From assembly GCA_009103225.1 (NCBI GenBank), contig RHPI01002823.1, positions 443,104 to 507,103 of the forward strand: a stretch of DNA of 64,000 nt, read 5' to 3'. How positions within the stretch are numbered: the stretch's first letter is position 1; every line of letters begins with the position of its first letter. A model generated the notes under the pieces. The model ran no database searches. It was not told where the DNA came from and worked only from the letters and a program-made list of their open reading frames with translations. This document shows positions 13,330 through 25,980 of this stretch, piece after piece. Origin of the DNA: Chlorokybus atmophyticus (Eukaryota; Plantae; Mesostigma and Chlorokybus algae). The position numbers were made by a program, and so were the translations under genes.

Positions 13330-14644
13330 GCACACCCCGACAGAAGCCAAGGTCCCCGACGTCCCTGTCCCTGGCGCCACCGCCGCTGCCAACAATGCGC
13401 CTCAACATACACGGCAAAAAGGCAATTGTACGGCAGTTGCACTTGGCAGCTGCTCAGGCTGCAGTTCAGTGCAGTCCAGTTCAGTTCAGTTCAACTGTTG
13501 GCTGGGCGACGTGGCGCACATTCTGGTCTGGGCAGGCTCTTAGAGCAAACAAGGGGCCCAACAAACCGCAAACCCAACAACATGCACATAGATTGACATA
13601 GCAGCAGCAAAACTTCAACATTAGACAAAGCTATGCTATGCTATGCGCATGTGAACATGGCAATCACTTTGCTTGCCGTGGCATTACATGGTCAAGTTGG
13701 GCTCTTCACGTGGCGTTGAGCTGTTGCACCAACTTGCATTATCGTGATGGTGTTATTTGTCTGCAACCTTCTTCCATAAATACATGTTGCAGCCAAACCA
13801 TATGCTTGTAAGCATCATTCGGCATTTGGGATTGTGAATGTCGTGCACGCATATTACATTGTTTTTATATGATACCACATGCACACAAGGAGCATGCGTA
13901 CAAAAAAAGTACGGTGTGTCTTGAAGTCAACATGCATCTGGTCTATACCACAATCCTCATGTCATACATCGTCACTCGCATCGCACATGCTACATCCGCA
14001 GACTATTAGCGCGTGCTTAATAACTCGCTGTGCAGCAACTAGCCAAAACGCGAAACGTGACACTTCGACACGAGGTGCATGCTGTTTGGTAATAATAGAG
14101 CATGCACACCCGTGCGCACCATCAAGGCAATATAGGCTATTATATAGCCCACCCCTGCACCAGCACCACGTGCCACGGTGGGTTGGCCTATAGCAACCAT
14201 TGCGGTGGCCTTAAAAGGAACCTTGCCGAGGGATGCGGGCGGGACCCTGGCATTAATGGGCCACGCGTAGCGCAGCGGAGGTAAAGGGAGGAAGGTGGCA
14301 GGGAGAGGGAGAGCGTGCACGTGCTGCATTGCGTGCTGCTGATTGTCACAAGTGTGCCGTGCTGTAGACACAAAAAAGCCAAGTGTTTTGCAGGTAATGA
14401 CTACGCTTAACATCAAATGATGCATGCATGATTGATGACCACTGTGATGCATGCATAACTGAGGGCGTGGAGCCTCAACTCCATCAGTCATTACTAAGCA
14501 TATAGCTACAACAACTGCCCCGGCTATATACTAAGGGATGCAAAAATGACGGCAATAGTATTGTAGCTCGATTGTGGGTTGTGTTGGTGTTAAGTCACAT
14601 GTACGTATCATATGTGGCTAGAACATATGTTACACGTTGCCAAC

Positions 14645-14807
14645 TTGTGACATATATTCCTTATGCAACCCATGTGGCATGTGTTGCATAAGCACATTAA
14701 TGACTTTGCATGCAGCAAATGGCTAATTTGTGACATACATTCTTTGTGCAACCCATGCGGCATGTGTTGCATAAGCACAATGATGACTTTGAATGCAGCA
14801 AATGGCT
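14645..14807. repeat. Two tandem ~83-bp units, each containing a stem-loop
   Basis: Units start at 14645 and 14728. Unit 1 contains TTATGCAAC-C-CATG-TGG-CATG-T-GTTGCATAA; unit 2 has a near-identical version. Confidence 0.75.
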
Positions 14808-15949
14808 GCAACCCGATTGTACATTGTGACCTCAATCCGTATAATTGATATATAATGTCTCTTTCGCATGAATGACAAAGAGACATTACATATAAACTTA
14901 AGTGTATAACGTATCACAATGGCACACCGCACAAAGTGCTCTGTAGCACACCACATAATGGGCTGAGCATAGTTACATCACATGGTTACGCCTTGCATAC
15001 ATTGCATAATACACCTTGGTGCTCAAGCCATACAGTCGCCACATGCGGTCTTATCAGCACTCCATCTTTTGTACACCCACACATGCATTACCAACCATAA
15101 TTGCCAAAACACATATCATGTGGCAGACCCGTCCCCGCTCTCAAACACGCTCATGCGCCCACCACACCCATGCATACTTTAACACACACGCTGCCACGGA
15201 AAGCCACCCATATTTATGCATTTGAGTATGACCAATGCAAAGATGCTACTCACACAGCAGTCACACACATCACACACAGCACTCATTGCGAAAGATACAA
15301 GCACAAGCTCTATTAGCATAGATTGGGGCAGTTGGCTAAGCGACATAAATGCTGCTAAGCGCAATGCAAGACGGGTGGGCAAGGCGAGTAGGGTGCGAGG
15401 CAGCCAGATAGATTACCAACGTGAGCACACAGACTACTGTTTGCAAGGATTATGAAGCAACCCGCCCGGGCAAAGACAAGTTCCAAAATAATAATAACCA
15501 AGAGCAACACCAGCAGCAAGGCTGTGCCAATGCGCAGTTCAATAACATGTCTTGGCACTCTTGGCGTGTAGCAACATCCGGGGTTACATTATTTGCAAAT
15601 GGCTTGGGTGCTTCAGAGTTGTGAAAACGAGCTTAAGATAGGCCAAAAACAGCTGTCATTGCATGTTTCACGATATGTTTACTCTGAGATGGGATTCATG
15701 TTTATCATAACCAAAGTGATTCCTACATGAAAACATGGCCATTGTTACCCTATCTGCAGCAACGCAAGATGTATGAAGCGACATCTACAAAACATCATGC
15801 AGCATCCACTACAGCAACTTAACTTTCGTAAACAATTTACACTTAGCTAAGGAATGTATAACCCTAACTAATCTGCTTCACAACACCTCAAGGGTGGCTT
15901 CATGCAGCTCATCCCGTATGCGAAATATTGACTCTCCAATGCCTTTCTA

Positions 15950-17189
15950 TGCATATGTCTTTAGCTTGAACTTATTTTGGGTAAGCCGTTTACTCTCAAA
16001 CTCCCGCTCCAACGTAACCTTGGGTGCGCATCGCGGTAAGTAAGCCGGAACTTTTGCCTTTATGTGTTGTTGAAACGGTATGAACCACGAAGACCGCTTT
16101 AACAAGTCTTGGATAGGTACATTTTGTTGCGTGAGTCGGCGGAAGTAAACTCCGGTAACGTGGAGGGTGTCCGGCAGCACCCTGTTGCCATAGCTGTTCG
16201 CACGAGTTGTGGAGTTACCACTGCGCTCTGCCTCCTCTACGCATTGAAGCACTCAATAAGGTGCATCTATGTCGTGGTCTTCACCGCTTTTGTCAGAACT
16301 GTCAACGAATATATCCCTTTTTTTCAGGGTCAATGCCAGCATCTTTTGGTTTAGCATTAGCGTCTGCATAACAGCAAGCACCCAAGGGTACTACAGCTGC
16401 AGCACCCTAATGGTCTTGGCAAGCACTGTAAGATGCTAGACGTTCATTAACTTGCAAGTTTAACACAAGGGTCTTACATTGAAGTATAACTACATGGGCA
16501 GCAAGCACTGCAGGTTATTGAGTGTTCAACAACTTGAAACTCGACAGTGTCTCACATGACGACCAGCTACGTGCGCTGGTAGCTACAAAATCTTGACAAT
16601 TTATGCAAAGCTGAATGTTGAGTTACTGCATTTCTAAGATCTGATACTTGCTTACCTCTTGCTCGGCCTCTTCCGCTTCTTCGTCTCCGGCAACGACCAC
16701 CTGCCCGCATGCTCCTTATTGACGCAGCTGGAATACAGCTCCTCGACACATGGTGCAAAAGCAAGAGAGCGCACGAGACATGAAGCGGTCCGCTTCACCG
16801 GTCGCTCGCACGGCCTGGAACTTCATAATGCTTGACATTGTCCGGTTATCCCTTCGTTCCGGTTTATGCACAACATCGTCTATGTTTAAAAGATGGAAAA
16901 AGCGCTTCTGCACACACGCCTCACCTTCTCGAGATACATACATGGACACAGCTCCTCCGCCGAGGTGCTCATTAGCGTAATGTGCTGCGGACTCAGCATT
17001 CACTATGTGTTCTCCCCGCAGCACTGCCCTATCGAGAAGGTGCTTCAATGTTCCTCCCTGGCCGTCGTGTTCTTTTTCACCGTGCCGAGGGCAAGGACAT
17101 TGCCACTCCAGCTTCATGACAATATGACAATAAGCTGCTAGGTCATCCTCGCATTTAGCAGCCGTTGCAGAGGTCATCGGAACAGGCGC
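15950..17189 (-). pseudogene. C-terminal half of a degenerate DDE transposase (HGK-x3-DG-xG motif type; superfamily tentative, possibly Sola-like)
   Basis: ORF 16716-17231 contains LEWQ...RHGEKEHDGQGGTLK and RALSCFCTMC. It is cut at 17189 by retroelement copy B; the N-terminal half lies at 51303-52300. The 3' boundary is approximate. Confidence 0.6.
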
Positions 17190-17773
17190 TCTCATGCCCA
17201 TTGCCCTCCCATGCCAGCCTTCATCGAGCATGCTTACATCAAGACCCTCGCCCTATCGGCATACCGACCCACGCGTGGCACTGATCAGTAGCTAGGACAT
17301 GACTGTAGACTAGCTCATGACCGTAGCCTACATAGGCACACCGCGTAGCTGATCAGCTGTAAGTTCGGTTGTAAGTTATGTTTTATATCAAGTGGGAACT
17401 GCTTGAAAATAGCTTCGATATGGCCGTTAGCTTATGTTTAAACCATAGTCATGATTTCAAATGTATAAATAGTTGCAGTGTCCACCGAATCAGCTAGTGA
17501 CACTGTGAGTGAGAAAGCTAAGCTTGTGAAGCAACTTGAACTATATAAAACAAGCAGTCCGGCTCTCAAGCATCCACTCACCGTGTGAGAGCCTGCGCAT
17601 GCTCTTGTGCACTATGCTTGTCATTGCTGTGGACTTGGTGTGCTTGTTGGCATCATTCACGGCATAGTATCCACGTGTTGCTTGCTCATTCACCTTTGTT
17701 AACAGTGTAACACATTTTCCACTCATGCAAAGAAACTGTGTAAACAGCGCTACCCATAGTACTGGCTGGTTGA
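17190..17773 (+). repeat. Repeat A1 of copy B (5' terminal repeat)
   Basis: Direct repeat of 50514-51090 and homologous to the A repeats of copy A. Ends in CTGGCTGGTTGA. Confidence 0.88.
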
Positions 17774-17984
17774 CTCGCAGTGCCACCCTCTTTGCTCAAG
17801 TGAGTGTGGTTGCAATCTGCATATCTTAAGTGCAGCTTGTAGTTGGATACATCTTAGTGCATTGTTATCACCATCATCGCATATTGCACACAAGCACTAG
17901 TGTGTTGAGTGATGCCAGTGTTTAGACAGCCTCGTAGAGCACAAACACTCTACGTTCACACACTTTCACCATCGCATCAGCTGC

Positions 17985-20900
17985 ATGAGCAGGTCCACCC
18001 CGTTTTCGCTAATAGACGATGGGAACTTCAGCAGCTGGAGCCCAAACTCCAATCTTATCTACGAGCGAGCAAGTGAAAGAAGCAATTACCTTTGGACAGT
18101 GACAATGAAGAGATGGAGCCTCTCAGCTCAACCAACTCCCTGCGCTTCTCCAAACGTCCAGGGACAACACCATTTAATGAGTTCATCATCCAGTTTCACT
18201 CAAAAATGCGACAACAGGCCCTCAAGAACAAAGACTGGTCAGATGAGGTGTTGTTCCATATCGTGGCTCAGTATCTTGATCATGAGGCACATGATGTGTG
18301 GAAGTCCATTGCTAAGTTGCATAGTGTTGACGGCTATGGCGAGCTTGCCAGCACCATAACATCCATGTCGATGCAAAGCCCAGCAGCTGTCGCCCCTGCA
18401 GCCGTGCTTCCTCAACCTGCAATTACTGGCCAGGCGCTAGCTGCAGCTATGCCAAAGGCAGAGGACGAAGAGCCAAAGATGGTGGTGGCCACCTTGACTC
18501 TTGCAGAGATCGAGACCTAGAGGGCCGACCGTCCTTCTAAAGTGCTGATCGCGTCGCTGTCACCATTAAGGTGTAGCAAGCTGAGCAACAAGCTGCCGCG
18601 GCGGAGATGGGTGCATTGCCACTGCCTACACCGGGGTCGCGTGCTCCAATAGGAGGCAGCACCTTCACCCTCGGTTCGGTGGCACCGTGCGCACCAGTCA
18701 TTACTGCTGGTGCTGCCATGTCCAACTCTCCTCTCAAGGACCTATACGCGGCATTGCGGCGCACATTCCTACCTCAAACCAATAGCAAGGAGGAGCTGAG
18801 ACGCTTCCAACGGAAGCCCAATGAGGACCCTTTCCGGCTGTATTCGTGACCAGACGGATTGCTGAAGGACGCTGACGACAAGATTGTCAGCGAGGAGGCA
18901 GCCGCAGTGGTGTACGTGGTTGAGTTTGACCACACCTTATGATGAACTGCAGCAGGCCCTCGGCTACACGCTCAAAGAAGCTTTTGAGACTGCTTAAGCC
19001 ATTCACAAGCGTGCGCGGTGTATGAGAAAGCAGTGTTGGACACCAACGGAAGCGTATCACGGCCCATGGCAACCACAAGTGCAGAGCCCCTTCAGCGAGA
19101 CCGCAATCGGGATGCTCCCATCAATCTCAACAAGGAGAAACGGTCAGCACATTCTGCCTTTATTACTCCAGTGCTGTGCCACCGGTGCGGTCGGCATGGA
19201 CACTACTAACAAAAGTGCACCGAAGACTATGACAACCTTGTGTGCAACTTCTGCCACAAGATATGACATTTGAAGGCAGTATGCTGGCTCAAGTTCCTTG
19301 AGCTGCGCCCCATGATTAGATACAACAACAGTAACAACGCTAGTGGCTGCCGCTGTAATGGAGTGCTACTGCTATACGGTTCGCCGCCCTTATCTAATTA
19401 GAAATCAGGGTCTCAAAGGGTAATAAACAGCCAATTGAGCCGTATTAGGGCCTTTATGGCCTTGATGTAGTGTTAGCTCATCGTTAACACTGATATCTTT
19501 GTGAGACTCATGTCTCACATCGATATCAGCCGCATGGCGGCGCTGTCAAACGCAGCGGCCGCCATAGCCAGAGCATCTTTTGCTCTGGCAGCTGCCCCGG
19601 CAGTGGCGGCGGCGGTGTGGGCCGGCGGCGTGGCTTGTGGTGGTGGTGGGGTAGGGGATTAAACATGGCGGTAGNNNNNNNNNNNNNNNNNNNNNNNNNN
19701 NNNNNNNNNNNNNNNNNNNNNNNNNNNNNNNNNNNNNNNNNNNNNNNNNNNNNNNNNNNNNNNNNNNNNNNNNNNNNNNNNNNNNNNNNNNNNNNNNNNN
19801 NNNNNNNNNNNNNNNNNNNNNNNNNNNNNNNCCCCCCCCTTACAGCCGCAGCAACAACAATAACAACAAGAGGGGCAACACCAACAGCAATAACGCTGGT
19901 GGCTACAACAACAACAGCGACGCTGGCGGTCGCAACAACGGCAACAATGCTGGTGGTTACAACCCCAACAACAACAACAACACCGGCGCTCGCAAGGACG
20001 AGCCGAGTTACAAAGGGAAGAACCGCCTCCCGCAGCGCAAGAAGCCTGAGGGACGTCCTCATGCTGGAGCTGCTGCTGTCAAGGCACCAGCCAACCCACC
20101 AGCTGTTGACCAAGTGGCAGCCCTCATGGCGCGTGTGGCACAGTTGGAAGAAATCAAGGAGCGGGACTGTCAGGCCTGCTACTTTGCCCGCTAAGCAATA
20201 ATGGCACCAACACCAAAGAGGGACACTCCCATGCCATCACGTGTGCAGCCGACAAGACGTGCGCCCAAACAAGATAATGAATCTTTACTAGCGGCATCAT
20301 AAAAAGCCACAAGTGGTGCCTCCGCTGCTACAACCATTGCTGGGACCGCGTTGTCAATGACGCCGTCGACATCCACACCAACCGCGGCAGCAGGTGCAGG
20401 CACATCAGGCACCATGTTGTCCTCGGTGATGGAAAACATCGACACCGCCGCAGCCATGGTGACCGAGCCCGTGGGTGGTGAAGACATCTCCCCTGCTTCC
20501 ATTGAAGCCACAACATTAGCCACGATTGCGGCCACGCTCACTGCTACGACCTCAGTTACAACAACAGCTGCCGGTGCCACAACCATTACTGCCAGCGACG
20601 TTGCCGCACCCTCTGCAGTACCACCGGAGGTCGTTCGGGCAGCCCCTCCATCAGCACTTGATGTCACTCATTAGCTGCCACGCGGATAGCAAGCACATCG
20701 AGCTTGGGCATCCATCCTATGCAATATCGCACCCACCAACATTGCGTGCGGATTGAAGGGGCAACGCATCACACGAGTGGCAAGGAATAATCGCATCTTA
20801 CCGTTTCCACCACTAGAGTATCACACCCTACCAGAGCCTACAGAGCAACAGCTTGAGGATGAGATACTCGCAGGCACTGCTCCAACCATGCAAGACCAGC

Positions 20901-21573
20901 ACTTCAGGGTCACATACCGGCGACGTGCTGCATTGGTATTGGCAATTAAGCTATTCTTGGCATTACACGCAAGGCTGCATGAGGCGCCGACGAGGGTCTC
21001 GATAGTCAATGCCCGCTCAGCAAATTAATTTTAAGCTTTCACTATTGGACCCGCTTAAACTGCAACGCCGCCAACAGCAAAACCTCATGGTAACCACGCC
21101 GAACTCGCCATTAGAAACTGACCCCATGATTCGTAGGCTTGTGCAAGGGAGCCGTCAAGAGCGATTTCATTTCACCCCTTAAACAAGCATACCACTATCG
21201 GCGGGATTAAGCAGCACAGGTGGATGCGCGTCGTCAAGCGTATGAAGCAGCTCGCGCAGTTCCGCTCAACATGCCGAAGCATCTGATGTCGCCGGTCCTT
21301 CAGTGCACTCGCGTATGTGCCATTATTAGCAACCGCAGTTGTTCCGCAGGGGCAAGCAACTGCTTATCAAGCAAGGGCGCAACAATTGAGGGGGATAATC
21401 GCCCTGCTGCTGCCTTCCTAATCGAGGATATGCCCGAAGATCAGCATGATGCAGGGCGAGGCTACCTCACCCTACAAGGGGACACCACACAGAGAGGAGG
21501 AGCTGGCATGGTAAAAGAGCAACAGCTTCATACCGCTCCCATACAACAAGCAGTCATGCTGCACAGATCCGAG
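17985..21573 (+). pseudogene. gag region of copy B, 5' part
   Basis: MSRSTPFS...EFIIQFHSKMRQQ..., EELRRFQRKPNEDPFRLYS, and CCHC knuckle CHRCGRHGHY. Colinear with copy A ORFs in 36400-33300. Confidence 0.85.
19354..19844. mobile_element. Nested LTR retroelement or solo LTR, mostly collapsed into an N gap
   Basis: Begins TGTAA (19354) and ends TTACA (19844). Flanked by a 5-bp duplication GCCGC (19349-19353 and 19845-19849), inside the Asn-rich gag tract of copy B. Confidence 0.7.
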
Positions 21574-21693
21574 CACTGGGCAATTGCCATGCGGACCATT
21601 GTTCCACGAGGCCAGTCCATTATTTGAGCAATCGAGACCCAGTCGCACGGTTTTGGTGAAAGTACAGCGGCGCAATTGGGCAGGGCGAGGAGG

Positions 21694-21892
21694 GCGAAGT
21701 TTCGGCCGTCGGCGGCGTTGGCAGCAACGCCGCCGTCGAGGTGACGGCCGCAACTACATTCACTGCTTGACACGTGTGCTACCTCAATTCTAACTATTAA
21801 CTATTAGCATGAACTATTAATGTAAATGTAATGTAAATTTTTTTTTATAAGCAACTCCCCGGCTAATAGTTGGCGCCGACGAGTATTACCCA
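21694..21892 (+). repeat. Diverged direct repeat R1, bounding the DIRS-like element
   Basis: Shares the blocks GCGAA.TTTCGGCC.TCGGCG...CGCCGCCGTCGAG and TTGACACGTGTGCTAC with R2, plus a 48-bp block (21845-21892) with 3 mismatches. Confidence 0.8.
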
Positions 21893-22175
21893 TTATATTA
21901 CTTTACACCCGATGAGCGATTTACATTCTTTTTGTCACAAACAATATTCCTACCTACAGTTCAACTTTGGCAAGAACACCCAAGCCCTACGATGCAACGC
22001 GTTCATCGTTATATATAACTATGGTTTGCACGATAAACGGCTGTGAATGCATTGAACATTCTACCTCACCCTCCCAAACATATATTGGTAGGGAAGAGTT
22101 GTAGATACAGAGCCCGGTGCACTGTATCGCCAAAGTTGCAAATCACAATGGTTGTGTTATGTTGTATGACAATGT

Positions 22176-23367
22176 TTGATCCCTTTACAGATGGACTTCG
22201 CACAACGCTTGCAACACTTTGCTGATGCTCAACACATCGCATGCGCAACGGTGCGTCTTCAACGAGTAGTCAGTTGCAGTTTGCGAGAGCGAGCAGCGGC
22301 AGCGCTGTTGAAATTGGAGCGCATCAGCCGAGAATCTGTATCTGATAACACTCGCAATCAACGCGATTGCGTCTGACAAGAGTTTGCCAACTACCTGCAA
22401 CATCCCGAGCTCAACATTGCCGTTGCCAATGGTACCCAAGCTATCGTCACAAGCTACCTTGCTGGGCACTGGACCAACACACACATTGGCAAAGCTTGCA
22501 AACTTGACCGTCAAGGCCATCGCATAATCGCTAGCACTACACTGGACAATGTGATCTCACATCTCACATGCTCGTTTAGACTGCTAGGCCGCATCAGCCC
22601 TTGGGACAGCGACATGTCTACAGGAAACCCGCTTCTGTCTATAGACGTGAGCGAGTTTCGTCAAGGGTATGCCAAGATTGCTGCTCGGCAAGGCGTTCAA
22701 CCTATTGATGCCGTGCCATTGGCAATTGACGACATGCGCGCGCTGATCTAATACTTCCAGCTGCAGCTGTGTACCATACCTCCGCCATTGATAGTCACAT
22801 GTGACAAGACTCCGGCGCGTCCATGCACTTTTTGTATACCTATGGTGCACATGGCAACGGGGTGGTGAAGGTGCGCGTTGACAAATGCACGAGATACAAG
22901 GGGTAGGTTCCGGGCTGATGGCCATTGTCACACATCTGAATAACTACAGCACCGGAGGTGCACCAAGCATACAAGTGCGCAGCAGTGGTTTGCCTGTGGA
23001 GTTCTCTGAAGTGCTTTATGCCTATGTAACCTACTGTCGCGGAAGCTGCTTTGCCATCACCGTTGGTCCTCTATTTCGGCCTGTTGCCAAGAATAGGTCA
23101 AAGTGGGAAGAGCATAACATGTCTAGCAATTGTGCATACCATGCGGTTGTGCGCTGTTGCAAGGCATGTGGCATATATAGGCCGCACCTAGGGTTGCACT
23201 CTTTCAGGCGTGGTGCCGCTCAGAGCGCCTTCCATGCTGGTGTTACTTTGGAAGAAATAGAAGCTCAAGGCACATGGAGAAGTTCTGCCATCATGCACCG
23301 TTATCTACATGAAAGGCGCTTACCCAATGCACAAAAGCATAAATGTATGGGTAGCGTCCAGGGTTGA
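22176..23367 (+). pseudogene. Tyrosine recombinase of the DIRS/PAT-like element
   Basis: TLDNVISHLTCSFRLLGR...GNPLLS..VSEFRQGY (SAM-like/core-binding region), LWCTWQRGGEG (catalytic Arg), LHSFRRGAAQ (HxxR), GTWRSSAIMHRYL (W and catalytic Tyr). Contains internal stops and one frameshift. Confidence 0.88.
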
Positions 23368-23429
23368 TGCTGTTTTCGGGAACTCGCGCACCCCATTCAA
23401 ACCATTCAGGCCGTGGGCCTAATCTTCAG

Positions 23430-25150
23430 TATATGTGAACTGCCAATTGCGGAACACTAGCCACCACACAGCAGAGTGCCATTCAGGCACAAACACCACA
23501 GCTGGCATCTAGTAATACTACAGTGACACTACGGCTTCATGCTCGAGAGCCAATGGCGGATGACACTATACAAAGCCACCTCCCAAGCGTTCAAGAACAT
23601 CACGCCAATTTGTTGTCTAAGCATTTCCCAACCTTCCAGGCATGTGCATGTAGCTGAAACAATCAGCCGCTTTACTATTCCAATCAGCCGCAAAACAATC
23701 CAATGTAGGGCGTCCAACATGCTGCTGTACAAGCGCAACTGCGTCCGCGGTCAGTGCCCAATCCCCTCTATTGATGAACTTGGACAATGCGTCCGCATCG
23801 CGCAGCGCATCACACGAGCGCCACACGCAAGTCAGCACAATATCACGCTCCTAGCACAAAGACCATAATTGATGTAAAGCCTGCAGCATGTGAGGCTCAG
23901 AAGCAGACAACTTGTTTAGCATTTGAATCGGTGGTTGACAATCGCTAACAATGCGCACTGTACAATGCTGGAGATCATGCGTGCACGCCACTTTAGTGAA
24001 CGCTTGCACATAAGCTAGTGCCTCCTTCACGGCCGAAGGCAGTGACATATGCTCAGGCTTAAAGTTGCCTGCCATGCGAGGCCAAGGCCCTGTCGCCCCC
24101 CAACCAATTGTACCCGAAGCATTAACATGCAGCTCTGCATGTTAATGCTTCGCTCAAGCAGCACCGGGAACTTCCACCAAGCATTGCCATTATAAGTTTG
24201 CAAGCCAGCATCAGTCCAGTCACAGAATTGTCGAAAGGTGTTCATATTACTCACAATGTCATCTCATGCATCCGTGGCCAAAGCCAGACGCATCAATTGG
24301 CGAGCATAAATGCTTGCACGTGCAAATGCTAGCTTCAACGCAATTAGTTTGCCAGCAATGCGTGCCAGGTGACGCTTCGTTAATGTAGGAGCCTTTGCCA
24401 ATTCTTACATCAGCTGCAACAGCTTGGCCAGCTTTCTTGAGGGAATGGCAAAAGAGCCGGTCACTGTGTCAACCAGCAGACCCAACAACTGCACCACTTG
24501 CTCCGGCCACAATTGGCTTCACAAAATTTTATATGCCAAGCGTCTTGAACAGACGCAGTACGCGGCAAAGGCGCCAGCACAAATGCCAACGATTGGAATG
24601 GCTAAAGTGCATGTCGTCAATATAGGCAAGGCAGGAAAATCCCATTGCCCGCGAAGGTGTGAAGACAGTCGACATCAAGGTTGTAAACAACCAGCATGCT
24701 TGATTCAGGCCGAATGGCAGTACATTCCATCTGTATGTAACTCCAGCAAATCGCAAAGCCAAATAAGGCTTGCTGTCCTCATGAATGGGCACATGATGAT
24801 AACCCGACTTTAGATCTGCTGTCACTTGCCAAAAATGGCGCTTGGTGTACAATAAAACATCTCGCAACTACTCATAGCTGAAGGGAATGTGGCGCAAAAA
24901 GAGGTTGTCATACCTTAAATCCATAATGAGCCTCAAACGTTTTTCCTGCTCGACCACACCTATGCCAGTGACTACCGCCACGCCATGCGCTTCCACAATC
25001 GAGATTACTACTGTTTTTATTAAATTTGCTAATTTGTCGATTAAGTAATCGCGATGTATTGTGGCGGACTTGCGCGATTTCGAAACATACCTAGTGTTGA
25101 GGTATTGCGTGACAGCATAGCTGTGATACCACTAACACCGAAGCCTTCGG
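23430..25150 (-). pseudogene. DIRS-type pol: reverse transcriptase, RNase H and Dam-like N6-adenine methyltransferase domain
   Basis: RT: LRLIMDLRY, TADLKSGYHHV, WNVLPFGLNQAC, LAYIDDM. RH: WTDAG, VRIVSDCQ, ADALSK. MT: GDWAL...PTLDCFAADWNSK...CHPP...FVPEWHSAVWW. Multiple stops. Boundaries approximate. Confidence 0.87.
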
Positions 25151-25391
25151 CCTTCAACAGCGAATGTACTTCGTCCCATTTGCGTCAATCCGATTCCTGA
25201 GTGCCCACCCATTGTAGGCGATACCCGTAATGCAACCAATCAAGCACAAATGTCTTCTTGCTTTGCATAGTCAATTGAAACCAAGTGGTCCATACTGTTA
25301 GCCGTTGCTGCAAAGAGGCTGCCATAAAGTTCTCCGCATCAAGAGTATCAGTGCGTAGTTGCTCTGCCCATTGGCTTGCAGAGCCAATACA

Positions 25392-25736
25392 CTATTTCAA
25401 GCCATTTGACGCTTGTGACAACTCCGCATATATGGAACGAATGTCGTCTTGTTGCTGAGCAGCAGGTACGCTCGCAGCAATGTGTTGCACTTGTGTAATC
25501 ACATCAATGAGCTCCTCTAGTGGGGATATCGATAAAGGGTCCACTGCCATCGTTGGCATTACAGGTGCCCACTCTTCTTGCATGAAGTCATCGTCACATA
25601 TGTCCCTAATGGCGACCAATTCTGTAGATGTGCCATGTCTGCGCACATGCAGGTCAATGATACCATGCTTGAATTCACTATTAGCTTCAGCTATGCGAAA
25701 TGAGCCCGTCTGGTTACATACAGCTGTGCATCATGC
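25392..25736 (-). pseudogene. 3' remnant of DIRS ORF1 (gag-like), separated from its 5' part by copy A
   Basis: After removing copy A and one ATGC duplicate, the frame runs from ...QLTDDDMLCA (37240-37211) into *CTAVCNQTGSFRIAEANSEFKHGIIDLHVRRHGTSTELVAIRD... Confidence 0.55.
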
Positions 25737-25980
25737 TGTCGGGTCGAAGGGAGTCGAGGGTCACGCTGTCTCGGACAGCTGCATGGACAGCCATGTTGTG
25801 CTGGACATGCTGCTGCGCCACCTGTGTAACGCGTAGCAAAAACAGAAAGATGACCTCAACCCTCATGGTGACAAGTGCTTCGTGCAGCTGGTGTACTGCT
25901 GCTGGGTAGTACGGGCAGATGGAGTCGGTGTTCTCCCTGCAGAACATGCTGTGCTGTAGCATACAACATCAACAAGCCAC
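25737..25980 (-). repeat. Repeat B2 of copy A (3' terminal repeat)
   Basis: Near-identical to 26574-26819 (about 3 substitutions and a 2-nt indel by eye). Confidence 0.95.

Noticed and set aside
13600-15900. Short ORFs and a GC-rich patch (14100-14370) between CHLH2 and the TE island, considered as a solo LTR or gene
   Set aside because: No TSD, terminal repeat partner or recognisable protein was found.
22176-23367. Idea that the neighbouring tyrosine recombinase integrated copy A and produced its A...BAB form
   Set aside because: Copy A has a 4-bp TSD and CA ends typical of DDE integrases, encodes its own DD35E integrase, and copy B has the same form outside the DIRS element.
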